A stretch of 64,000 nucleotides of DNA from positions 96,001 through 160,000 of the forward strand of contig OZ219753.1 in the NCBI GenBank assembly GCA_964291315.2. The letters are read 5' to 3'. The notes beneath the pieces are model-generated. The model was not told where the DNA came from and ran no database searches. It saw only the letters and a program-made list of their open reading frames with translations. How positions within the stretch are numbered: position 1 is the stretch's first letter; the number at the start of each line of letters is the position of its first letter. This document shows positions 36,433 through 45,190 of this stretch, piece by piece. A program made the translations under genes and the position numbers. Source of the stretch: Candidatus Poribacteria bacterium (GTDB taxonomy: Bacteria; Poribacteria; WGA-4E; WGA-3G).

Positions 36433-37029
36433 CTACAGATAGTGTTTACTCAGTTTCCGCTTGAGGTTTTTCAATGCTTGATTCAAGCGTGATGCCACAG
36501 TCCCCTCTGAACAATTTAGAACTTCGGCAATTTCCCGGTATTTGAGATGTTGCATATAGTAGAGTGTGACAACTTCGCGTTGTTTCGGCGGCAGCAAATT
36601 GATAGCACCTTGAACAATTTCGTTCTGTTCGTCTTTAAGTACTGAACGCTCAGGTGCATTTTGGTCTGCGGTAACACTGTTGATTTCAGACTCTCTGGCA
36701 TAAGCCGTAAGCTTGTTAGCGTGTGCTTGTGCTTTGCGAATATACTGCTGGCATGTATTGATGCCGATGCGATACAGCCATGTTCCAAACTGGGATTGGA
36801 ACCGAAAGGCTTTAATTGATTTGTATGCCTCTAAAAATGTTTCCTGTGTTGCATCGGCGGCATCCTCACGGTTACCAAGCATCCGGTAGGCAAGTCCATA
36901 GATTTTTGAATGATGGCGATTAACGAGTTCGTTGAACGCCTCAACATCACCTTCTACTGTTTTGTGTACGTAGACATCATCAGGTATCATATCAAACTCA
37001 CTTTTTGAAGTGTTATTTGTTTGTTGCAT
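36433..37029 (-). CDS. ECF RNA polymerase sigma factor (RpoE-like)
   Basis: 'GD.EAF.ELV', 'DA.D.TQE.FL.AY', 'F.TWLYRI' and 'Y.EIAE.L....GTV.SRL'. Confidence 0.95.
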   Translation of the reverse strand: MQQTNNTSKSEFDMIPDDVYVHKTVEGDVEAFNELVNRHHSKIYGLAYRMLGNREDAADATQETFLEAYKSIKAFRFQSQFGTWLYRIGINTCQQYIRKAQAHANKLTAYARESEINSVTADQNAPERSVLKDEQNEIVQGAINLLPPKQREVVTLYYMQHLKYREIAEVLNCSEGTVASRLNQALKNLKRKLSKHYL

Positions 37030-37056
37030 TCCAACTGATTTTTCTTCATTTTTTAT

Positions 37057-37527
37057 TTATCGGTTATCTGGTGAACGCCATGGGTTGCAGTGCCCTGCAA
37101 AACGTTTGAGAGCCCCGCTTTTAACAATAATCGCCTCCGGTCGCAGCACCGTGGCATAAGATGTGAGGAGTGCAATTGTGTCGAGCAGAGAGTTGTAGCC
37201 TGACAAACCAGAAATGTCGATATAAATTTTACTGAATGGTTCGCCAAGTTCAAGGGCCGCCCTGACATCGAAGCCGTCAAGCACTTCAAAATGGAGTTCA
37301 GGGTGCGTTTCTCTGGCCCGTGCAATACATTTAGGGCTGATGTCGGTCCCGATGACTTTCTTACAATGTGGTGCGATCAAGGTGGTTGTCGTTCCCCATT
37401 CGCAACCGATTTCCAACACAGTATCCTCAGCGTTTATCCAGATAGGAATCGTCTCTCGATATTCTTTAACTCCGCGCGTCGCGATGAAGTCGGTGTATCC
37501 CTCGAATAGTTGGTTATGGACTGCCAT
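37057..37527 (-). CDS. Class I SAM-dependent methyltransferase (small)
   Basis: 'VLEIGCEWG' and 'V.G.DIS'. Confidence 0.8.
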   Translation of the reverse strand: MAVHNQLFEGYTDFIATRGVKEYRETIPIWINAEDTVLEIGCEWGTTTTLIAPHCKKVIGTDISPKCIARARETHPELHFEVLDGFDVRAALELGEPFSKIYIDISGLSGYNSLLDTIALLTSYATVLRPEAIIVKSGALKRFAGHCNPWRSPDNR

Positions 37528-37559
37528 AAGTGTCTTTCTATACGTTTCCTGGTTCTATG

Positions 37560-38129
37560 TTAGGGTGAGTTTTGGAGGGTTTCTGCGGTTTCGCACGCCT
37601 CACAGACTAGAGCGAAACGTTTAGTGCCGTTTATCTCAAGCTCGGTCTCGTAATCGTAGCTAACTGGTAGATTTGACGCGCCGCACCAATCGCATTTTCC
37701 ACGGAAGGTGTGTGCTTTCTGTGCTAACAGCATTTCCTTCTGCTCCTCAATCTTTCGAGTAGCAGCGATGAGGTTTAGTGCACGTTGACGTAGCTTAGGA
37801 TCGGTTTCCTCTTTGGCGATTTTTTTTAGCAGCGGTTGCAGTCTCGGGTCGTTTGGGTTGCCTCCGTCGTCGAGCGTATGCCATGCAGCTTTGCGGACAC
37901 GCAGATCAGGATCAACTAAGCCTTTGTAAAGTGCGACCCAAACCTTGTTGATACTTTTCCGGACATGACAGGGACAGAGGTTGTCCATTGCTAGAACGCG
38001 CTCATCGGCGTTAGAAGAATAAGCGAGAGATAGATAGTATTCGACATCATCTCCGCGTAAACGATCTTCGCCACACTTGTGGGCCTTCCGCTGATATTTG
38101 TTCATCCCCCATTTTTTTCGCTTTGTCAT
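37560..38129 (-). CDS. HEAT-repeat protein with C-terminal CxxC...CxxC zinc finger
   Basis: 'L.DPD.RVR.AA' and 'ETDP.LR..A' repeats, a CPCH motif and C-terminal CDWC...CEAC. GGAGG RBS. Confidence 0.7.
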   Translation of the reverse strand: MTKRKKWGMNKYQRKAHKCGEDRLRGDDVEYYLSLAYSSNADERVLAMDNLCPCHVRKSINKVWVALYKGLVDPDLRVRKAAWHTLDDGGNPNDPRLQPLLKKIAKEETDPKLRQRALNLIAATRKIEEQKEMLLAQKAHTFRGKCDWCGASNLPVSYDYETELEINGTKRFALVCEACETAETLQNSP

Positions 38130-38142
38130 CTGTTTCCTCCGA

Positions 38143-39462
38143 TTATCTTGACCCGCACACCAATTCTTCCACCTCGTCTATTTCTTTCGGAACCCCATCT
38201 GTTAGTATTTCGCAACCGGTTTCGGTGACAAGAAGGTCGTCCTCTATGCGAACACCAATACCGAGGTAATCTGATGGGACATTTTTTGTATCGTCTGCAA
38301 CATAGATCCCTGGCTCGATTGTCATTACCATACCGGGTTGGAAAGTTTTAAAGTCACCGTTTGCGTCGTGGACACAATTGACATCATGCACATCTAAGCC
38401 GAGCATGTGTCCTATTCTATACATGTAGAACTGCCGGTATTTTTCTTTTTGTATTAATTTCTGTGTTTTTCCTTTGAGTAGGCCGAGGCTAAGCATAGCT
38501 TCCGTCAATAACTCAATTGATTTTTGGTGCGGTTCCTCAATAGAGACACCTGGATGGATAGAATCGATGAGGGTGTAGTGCGCGTCAAGAACAAGTTGAT
38601 AGACTTCTCGCTGTGCCTTAGTGAAAGTGCCGTTTGCGGGGAAAGTGCGGGTCACATCGCCGGAATACCGCGCGTACTCTGCCCCCGCGTCGATGAGGAC
38701 AAGTGTGTTATCTTCAATCCGGCAGTCATTTATTGTGTAATGGAGTGTCGTAGCATTTCCACCGCTCGCGACAATCGTCGGGAAGGCAGGACCGTTTGCA
38801 CCGTTCATGCGGAACGTAGATTCCACAAGGGCTTCCAGGTCGTATTCATACATCCCTGGTTGGACTGCTTTCATCGCTGCTGTATGACCGGCGACTGTTA
38901 TCTCCGTTGCCTTTCGGATACGCTCCAATTCCGTCTCATTTTTGATTAACCGCAGTTCGCTGAGAATCGGACTCGGATCGACTAAGGTGTCAAATCCTTG
39001 GCCAGAACGAATTCGTGATCTGACGGATCCTGTGAAGATTTCGAGAATTTCGCTGTCAACGGCCTCGTTGGAACCGAGGGTGTAGTAAAGCCTTTCTGCT
39101 CCTTGTAAGTATTTTCCGATTTTCTCGCTAAATTTCTCTATCGGATAGGCTTTATCCGCCCCGTAACGTTTACGAGCGTCACATACCCCGACGCGTTTAC
39201 CGTTCCAGATTTCTGCCTGCCTGTCTTTCGGGCGAACAAATAGAATATATTGGTGCTTCGGATGATCCGGCGCGATTACACACATTGACTCTGGTTCTTC
39301 AAATCCCGTCAAATAATAGAAATTCGGATCTGGCCGGTAAAGGTATTCGGTGTCGTGGTTCCATGCTGCAGGTGGTCTACTTACAAAGATAGCGACTCCC
39401 CCGCGCCCCATTTTTTCAATAAAGGCTTTGCGATTTTGTTCGTGCAAATGTTTCTCCCTCAT
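38143..39462 (-). CDS. pepP: Xaa-Pro aminopeptidase (M24B)
   Basis: 'F.YLTGF.EP', 'LHY', 'DAG.E...Y.GD.TRT', 'GH.LGLDVHD', 'TIEPG.Y' and 'GVRIEDD'. Confidence 0.93.
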   Translation of the reverse strand: MREKHLHEQNRKAFIEKMGRGGVAIFVSRPPAAWNHDTEYLYRPDPNFYYLTGFEEPESMCVIAPDHPKHQYILFVRPKDRQAEIWNGKRVGVCDARKRYGADKAYPIEKFSEKIGKYLQGAERLYYTLGSNEAVDSEILEIFTGSVRSRIRSGQGFDTLVDPSPILSELRLIKNETELERIRKATEITVAGHTAAMKAVQPGMYEYDLEALVESTFRMNGANGPAFPTIVASGGNATTLHYTINDCRIEDNTLVLIDAGAEYARYSGDVTRTFPANGTFTKAQREVYQLVLDAHYTLIDSIHPGVSIEEPHQKSIELLTEAMLSLGLLKGKTQKLIQKEKYRQFYMYRIGHMLGLDVHDVNCVHDANGDFKTFQPGMVMTIEPGIYVADDTKNVPSDYLGIGVRIEDDLLVTETGCEILTDGVPKEIDEVEELVCGSR

Positions 39463-39489
39463 AGCGATGAAGTGTTTGCGTAGCTTCTG

Positions 39490-40476
39490 CTACAGATACC
39501 CGATCGGTGTGCCGATTTTACCAATAATACCGCCGCTTGCGACCATTGGGTAGATTGGCCTGGCCCAGAAAATACCTTCTACGGGTGATCGGATGGATTC
39601 CCGAACGTTCCCGAACACATCTCGGATATCAGCAATAGGTTGGTACGCGGCTACCTGATCATACAATTCTGTCTTGTAATAGACAAATCCGCCTTCATTG
39701 CTAAGTAGTGGTGCAAGCTGTTTAACGACAAATTGCCGTTCAGGTATCTCCGGCGTTCCATCAATGAAGTGATAATGTTTCAAGACATTCAACACGCCCC
39801 GCACACCTTTTTCTATGCTTGCCGCATCCCAGCCGTGGGTTCCGCCCAATTCCGGATCAATTGTCGGAATGCCTACCTCTGGTGCAGCCTGGGCAAGTTG
39901 ACCTCTTGGTCCCCTCTGGTTCAGAATATGTCCGATACCGAAGACCCGTGCAAGTTCGAGGCAGGCACTGTGGAGCGTATGTTTTTCGTCAACGCGGACG
40001 CGGACCTCGTCGATCATCGGATGGACCCCGCCTTGGTGCAAGTCGAGGCAATAATCCGCCTGCTGGACAGCACGCCGGAATAGGTGGTAGGCTATCCGTT
40101 CACTTGAGGTACCGTCGCGTCTGCCCGGAAAACAGCGGTTCATCTTCCGGTTGTCAACCGGATTAAGTGCCTGTTTGGTGTGAAACGCGTGCACATTCAC
40201 AAGCGGCACAGCAATAATCCTGCCTCTTAGTTGATCGGGGGTTATGCTGTGAAGAATTCTGTGGATAACCGCTATTCCGTTGAGTTCATCTCCGTCGCTG
40301 ATTGCTTGGATATAGCACGTTTTGCCAGGATACCTCCCGTTGATTAGCACGACCGGCAGTCTAACTGCTGTTCCATCGGGCATACTTCCAACTTTCAGGT
40401 GCCCGTCTATTCGAGTCCCAGGTTCAGCGACTAATTGCGCGACTACCAGTTTGCTATGGCGAATATTATTCCTCAT
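39490..40476 (-). CDS. Succinylglutamate desuccinylase/aspartoacylase (M14) family protein
   Basis: 'DGDELNG', 'NRCFPG...G..SER.A', 'DLH' and 'ELGG', with a C-terminal barrel-sandwich hybrid. Confidence 0.88.
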   Translation of the reverse strand: MRNNIRHSKLVVAQLVAEPGTRIDGHLKVGSMPDGTAVRLPVVLINGRYPGKTCYIQAISDGDELNGIAVIHRILHSITPDQLRGRIIAVPLVNVHAFHTKQALNPVDNRKMNRCFPGRRDGTSSERIAYHLFRRAVQQADYCLDLHQGGVHPMIDEVRVRVDEKHTLHSACLELARVFGIGHILNQRGPRGQLAQAAPEVGIPTIDPELGGTHGWDAASIEKGVRGVLNVLKHYHFIDGTPEIPERQFVVKQLAPLLSNEGGFVYYKTELYDQVAAYQPIADIRDVFGNVRESIRSPVEGIFWARPIYPMVASGGIIGKIGTPIGYL

Positions 40477-40483
40477 AACGCTT

Positions 40484-40512
40484 ATTTTAACATAATCTCT
40501 CAAATAAGTCAA
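40484..40512 (-). promoter_or_regulatory. sigma70 promoter positioned for a leaderless transcript
   Basis: TTGACT (40512-40507), 17 nt, (TGT)TAAAAT (40489-40484), 7 nt before ATG 40476. Confidence 0.65.
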
Positions 40513-40560
40513 ATCAGAGGTGAAGATAGCTGTCCGTGGACATTTAGTCCGGAAGGACCA

Positions 40561-40584
40561 GCATAGTTAAGAACCTATGCCTAC
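40561..40584 (-). repeat. GTAG-type REP-like element
   Basis: The minus strand reads GTAG-GCATAG-GTTCTTAA-CTATGC (GTAG plus hairpin). Confidence 0.5.
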
Positions 40585-40685
40585 TGAAATCTAGCGCCAA
40601 AAATGGAAGTAAAAACTAAATGCCGCTACCTGTCAATTATGAAAACTTGATTTTGCGGCGGTTTTTTGGTAAACTTATATCTATT

Positions 40686-41375
40686 ATGAATATGGAAACC
40701 CCAAAAAAAATTGCAGCGGAAAAAGCAACAGAGAGCGTCACAGCTGGCATGGTTGTCGGATTAGGGACGGGTTCTACTGTCTATTACGCGCTCTTGAAGC
40801 TTGGTAATATGGTTCGAGAAGGCCTGAATATTGTGGGCATCCCTACATCTGCTAGCACTGAAAAAGTTGCGATCGCACAACAGATACCGCTCACAACGCT
40901 CGCTTCGCATCCTAATATCGATCTTACGATTGATGGTGCTGATGAAGTTGATGCCTCCCTGAACTTAATCAAAGGCGGCGGGGCGGCCCTCGTCCGAGAG
41001 AAGATTATCGCAAATGTGTCTAAAGAGCTGTTAATTGTTGTTGACGAAAGCAAGGTGTCTCGTGTCCTCGGAACAACCTTCGCGCTCCCGGTGGAAATTG
41101 TACGGTTCGGGTGGGAGGCGACGCAGAGAGAGGTCAACCGAATTTGTAGACATTCAACATTACGTCTTGCAACGCCTCGAGGTGGAGATCGGGAAACACT
41201 CATCACTGACAACGGCAACTACATACTTGATTGCCATTTTGAGGGGATCCCAGAACCCGAGCAGGTTGAAATGGAGCTGAATAACATCCCCGGTGTGGTG
41301 GAAAATGGGATTTTTGTCAATCGTGCCGATAAAATTATCATCGGTACGTCTTCCGGCATTCGATATATAGGGTGA
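40686..41375 (+). CDS. rpiA: Ribose-5-phosphate isomerase A
   Basis: 'GLGTGST', 'DGADEVD', 'KGGG.AL.REK', 'TDNGN' and 'PGVVE.G.F'. Confidence 0.96.
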   Translation: MNMETPKKIAAEKATESVTAGMVVGLGTGSTVYYALLKLGNMVREGLNIVGIPTSASTEKVAIAQQIPLTTLASHPNIDLTIDGADEVDASLNLIKGGGAALVREKIIANVSKELLIVVDESKVSRVLGTTFALPVEIVRFGWEATQREVNRICRHSTLRLATPRGGDRETLITDNGNYILDCHFEGIPEPEQVEMELNNIPGVVENGIFVNRADKIIIGTSSGIRYIG

Positions 41376-42235
41376 CCTCAATGGACAGACACCTATTCCT
41401 AATTTTACTTCTTGTTTTTACACCTATAATGGTGTCCGGGCCTGTTAAGTGTGAAGTGTTCACAGCAAGTGGCTTGGTCGATATTCCGACGGGGGCAGTA
41501 CTGAAGCACGGCATATTTACGGTAGGTTCCTATTTCGCTGTCCGGCAAAATGCAAAGGAATCAGCGATACAAACCGGTTCCACACACCTCAATGGCGATG
41601 CGGGAGTCCACTTCGACTTCGGATTGTTCGATAGAACTGAGTTCGGCCTTGGATGTGTGTGGCGGGAGTATAGGACCGAGCGTTCCCCTGAGCAGGTTGC
41701 GAGTTTGAAAGTCCAGCTCTTAAAAGAGCCGGACACAGGAAAAATTCCGAATGTCGCGGTCGGTATTGAATATCCTAGGGATGGCATTTTCGCATCTAAC
41801 TCGGTGGATCGGCTTCTGCCTTCAGTATTTTTGGCTGTTAGTAAAACTTTCAATCTACCGCGGGTCCACCAATTTTCCGGTCATATTGGTGTTGGTACGC
41901 AGCGATTCGCGTTTGATGGGGGATCTATAGGTCTGTTTGCTGGTGTGAGCAAGGAATTCCAACCGGCTTTTGCCCGGGGCGACATCACAATGAGCATGGC
42001 GTTTGATGGCGCAGGTGTCAATGCGGGTATCCGTTATAGCACTTCAAGCGGTCTTCAGACGGCGTTTGGAGCTGAGACGCTCAACGACTCAGCAGCGTTG
42101 CGCTATCTTGCCTCGGTTTCATGGACAAATGCAAAGCTGCTTGAGCAGATTGATGAAACGAAGCGGCTTCTCCAACGAGCGACGCAACTTGCGGTCGAAG
42201 CGAAACGTGCCACAGAGAAAAAAGCCGACGAATAA
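41372..42235 (+). CDS. YjbH-like outer-membrane beta-barrel protein
   Basis: Signal peptide, 'GL.DIPT...L..G', amphipathic strands and a C-terminal helical tail. Confidence 0.6.
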   Translation: MTSMDRHLFLILLLVFTPIMVSGPVKCEVFTASGLVDIPTGAVLKHGIFTVGSYFAVRQNAKESAIQTGSTHLNGDAGVHFDFGLFDRTEFGLGCVWREYRTERSPEQVASLKVQLLKEPDTGKIPNVAVGIEYPRDGIFASNSVDRLLPSVFLAVSKTFNLPRVHQFSGHIGVGTQRFAFDGGSIGLFAGVSKEFQPAFARGDITMSMAFDGAGVNAGIRYSTSSGLQTAFGAETLNDSAALRYLASVSWTNAKLLEQIDETKRLLQRATQLAVEAKRATEKKADE

Positions 42236-42369
42236 AACAGGCTTATCTTTCCTGCCGTTGTATTAACTAGTTGAGTTTCATTCTGTCTGTGGGTGCAGAA
42301 CTTGAATTCAACACAATCCCTAAGGCAGTAACGGCAACACAGATAGCTACCCTGGCAAGGAGCGGTTCT

Positions 42370-42675
42370 TTAGCTATTGAATTCAGCTTGTAATCTGAGG
42401 AGAGCCTCAAAGCTGTCATTTTTTGAGGTCTTGTTCTTTTTTTCTATACCGCACGTTGTACAACAGTGAATAACCATATAATTGTCCTGTTTTATTATTA
42501 ATCCGACTGGTTCCATCATACCGTGACACGATGCCGCGCGGTCTCCCGGGTTGACATCGACATGTCGGCTCCAGAGGCATTTGGGGCAGTGGTTGGTATA
42601 GCCGTTTCCGGTCACGGAGGTGCCGCAGTACGTGCAGATAAAATCTTCTATGTAGCGTTGAAATCTTTTGCTCAT
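42370..42675 (-). CDS. RNHCP domain protein
   Basis: 'F.C..CG', 'NHCP.CL.S.HVD..PGDRA..C.G.M' and 'H.C..CG'. Confidence 0.9.
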   Translation of the reverse strand: MSKRFQRYIEDFICTYCGTSVTGNGYTNHCPKCLWSRHVDVNPGDRAASCHGMMEPVGLIIKQDNYMVIHCCTTCGIEKKNKTSKNDSFEALLRLQAEFNS

Positions 42676-42727
42676 TGGGGTTCCTGCAGTCGTTTTTGGT
42701 ATGTATAACCCGCCGGTTGAGTATTAA

Positions 42728-43966
42728 TCACAATTCTGCCCGCGTCATAAAGATTGCGTAGATAGCGGAGGTTCTGGCCAAATCGTGGATATTCACCCGT
42801 TCATTTATGGCGTGTCCGCCCTTTCCACTGGGGCCATACCCGATTCCGGGTAATCCGCTGTTGACGAAATAGTGCAAATCTGTGAATCCTGTAGTGCTCT
42901 TAAAACGGGGTTGATTGAAACGGACGGTACGTACTGCGTCAGCGAATGCTTGTGCTATGGGTGAGTCGGTATCTGTCAAACAGGGTTCAATTCGGAGAGT
43001 CGTCTGTGCCTCTGCTTTCAGATCCGGGTAATATTGGCATGCGCCGGAAATTGCTTCCCGCAATTCGAGTTCTACAAGCTCGAACGTCTCATTTGGGGTA
43101 ATCCGCCGGTCGATTGAGAACGTGACGCGCGCTGGGACGGTGTTAACTTTATCCCCTTCAGTTCCACGAAATGTTCCGCCGATGTTCAGTGTTGGATAAC
43201 GTTCACTGCCATCAGGGAGTTTAAATGCGCGCTCTGGCGATTTCAAATTGCGTTTAACTCGTTGTAGTGCTGTCACGAGCTCGGCAGTTTTCTCAAAGGC
43301 GTTTATGCCCTTATCGGGTTGTGCACCGTGTGCAGCCTTACCTTCGATGTCTATGTCTAACCAGAGTACACCGTTATGTCCGTTGCCGATATTCATTCCT
43401 GAACCGCCTTCGCAGCTGACGACGTAGTCTGCTTGAACGAATCCTTCTTCGACGATGTATCCTGCCCCTAGCTGTCCCCCGGTTTCTTCGTCGCATGTGA
43501 ATGAGCATTCGATATTGAACTTCGGTTGGGTGCCTGTTTCCCGGATAGCCTCGATTGCTAAAAGGAGGGCAGCAATGGAATCCTTCATATCATCGGCCCC
43601 TCGTCCATAGAGCCATTCGCTGTCAATTTCACCGCTGAAGGGATTGTCGAAACGCCAATTTCCTGCCGCGGGAACCACGTCGTAGTGTGCGTTGAAATGC
43701 ACCGTCTTCTCTGCGCCGGTGTCCCAACGGGCGATCAAGTTTGTTCTTGGATGTGTTGTTGCGTTTGAGATGACTTGTGCTGCACGTTCCGTCGGGACCT
43801 CGGCGATCTGCGTTTGCATGTCTAATGCTTGACACTTCGCTTCGAGGAGTCCGACAATCTCGGCATAATTTTCGCCCGGTGGATTAAGGGTCGGAATTCT
43901 GACAAGTTCCTGTAGCAAGGTACAAAGCGCTGCCTGATTATCTCTAATATAGGTTTGAACGGACAT
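42728..43966 (-). CDS. M20 (ArgE/DapE-like) deacylase
   Basis: 'HYDVVP', 'YGRGA.DMK', 'DEE.GG', 'GKAAH' and 'H...E'. Confidence 0.92.
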   Translation of the reverse strand: MSVQTYIRDNQAALCTLLQELVRIPTLNPPGENYAEIVGLLEAKCQALDMQTQIAEVPTERAAQVISNATTHPRTNLIARWDTGAEKTVHFNAHYDVVPAAGNWRFDNPFSGEIDSEWLYGRGADDMKDSIAALLLAIEAIRETGTQPKFNIECSFTCDEETGGQLGAGYIVEEGFVQADYVVSCEGGSGMNIGNGHNGVLWLDIDIEGKAAHGAQPDKGINAFEKTAELVTALQRVKRNLKSPERAFKLPDGSERYPTLNIGGTFRGTEGDKVNTVPARVTFSIDRRITPNETFELVELELREAISGACQYYPDLKAEAQTTLRIEPCLTDTDSPIAQAFADAVRTVRFNQPRFKSTTGFTDLHYFVNSGLPGIGYGPSGKGGHAINERVNIHDLARTSAIYAIFMTRAEL

Positions 43967-43986
43967 TTTAGTCTCCCCAGTTGCCG

Positions 43987-44400
43987 TTAGGTGACAACTG
44001 CTTGATCGCCAGACGACAAGTGTTGTACCGTTTCACCAGTTTCGGTAAATGTACGCGTTACATTGACATCGGCGTAAGTCCACAAGATTTTCATCGGGGC
44101 GTTACTATCATTCCAGAATCGATGCGGTATACCTGCGGGAACAAATGTTGTATCGAAGGCTTTCATGGTGAAAACTTCGCTGTCGACTTCACAGATGGCT
44201 TCGCCTTCGAGGATTGTAACAGATTCATCACAGTTGTGGTAGTGGCGGGCGATCGCCGCGCCGGGATCAAACATCGTCACACCGTTAGTCAGTGAGGTAG
44301 AATCGATCCATTTGCCGGCTAACGGGACAGTTTTGACCCCGGTTCCGCGGTCAATCGGACGCTGTTTCCCAAAATCGATGATGTGTGCTTTTTTTTCCAT
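43987..44400 (-). CDS. Cupin domain protein
   Basis: 'H.HNCDE.V.ILEG' and 'VPAG.PH.F.N'. Confidence 0.9.
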   Translation of the reverse strand: MEKKAHIIDFGKQRPIDRGTGVKTVPLAGKWIDSTSLTNGVTMFDPGAAIARHYHNCDESVTILEGEAICEVDSEVFTMKAFDTTFVPAGIPHRFWNDSNAPMKILWTYADVNVTRTFTETGETVQHLSSGDQAVVT

Positions 44401-44475
44401 TTCTGATCTGCCTCTCTTTGTAGAACAATTTGATTTAGTGTAGCAGGAACCGAGAGAAAAATCAAGCCTTAAGGT

Positions 44476-45088
44476 TTGAAGGTTTTTGATGCAGAGCGGG
44501 GGTCGTATCCAAACCGAAACAGATATTCAGGTGATACCTCGTTACCCAATGCTCACGCAGGCGAACTCCAACGGGTGCTTTCTACTAGATATGTAAATAG
44601 GTATCCGGAACTCAGGTTCTCCACGGACGGTGATACGTTGATAAGTGAGAGATCGGGTGCCATAGCGCTACTGTCGGATATGAATCGATTGCCGGAGCTC
44701 ATTTCGCAAGATCTTAACCTTGACAGTGTTGTTGATGTAGAAGACTTGGTCGTTGCCTCTGACTTTGGTGATGTCATTGCTGATGTGGATTTTCCAAGTG
44801 CTGATCTGAATGGCGATGGTGCGGTCGATTGTCAAGACGGGCTGCACCAATGACTTTCCTCGCGACAGCTGCCGGAGCACCCTCGGAGGCTTTGCAGACG
44901 CTCTCCGCTGGTCTCACCGGAGATGCACCGCAAAGCTGGATCGCCGAGGCGAAGCGGCTCAAGACACGAATGTAGCGTTCCAAAATGGGATTCGCGTGTT
45001 GGAACAGCTCTTGGCTACGTTGAAGGTAGAAACCCACGCGGTGCCAGATGTCAGAATCATGTTTTCAGAAAAAACGAACCTTTTTTGA
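44476..45088 (+). pseudogene. Decayed WD40/dockerin-type secreted protein remnant
   Basis: Degenerate WD40 end ('LRFSTDGDTLIS...IALL'), two dockerin/EF-hand-like loops (DLNLDSVVDVEDL; DLNGDGAVDCQD), a frame change near 44840, then 'FQNGIRVLEQLLA'. No signal peptide or RBS. Confidence 0.6.
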
Positions 45089-45190
45089 GCCTATCCGACT
45101 AAAGAAGAAAGACAAAATATGAACGCCTTTGAAAATCATGGAAAGGCTTCATATATTTATGCTAGCAAACTTAATAAGGAGGATGAGTTA

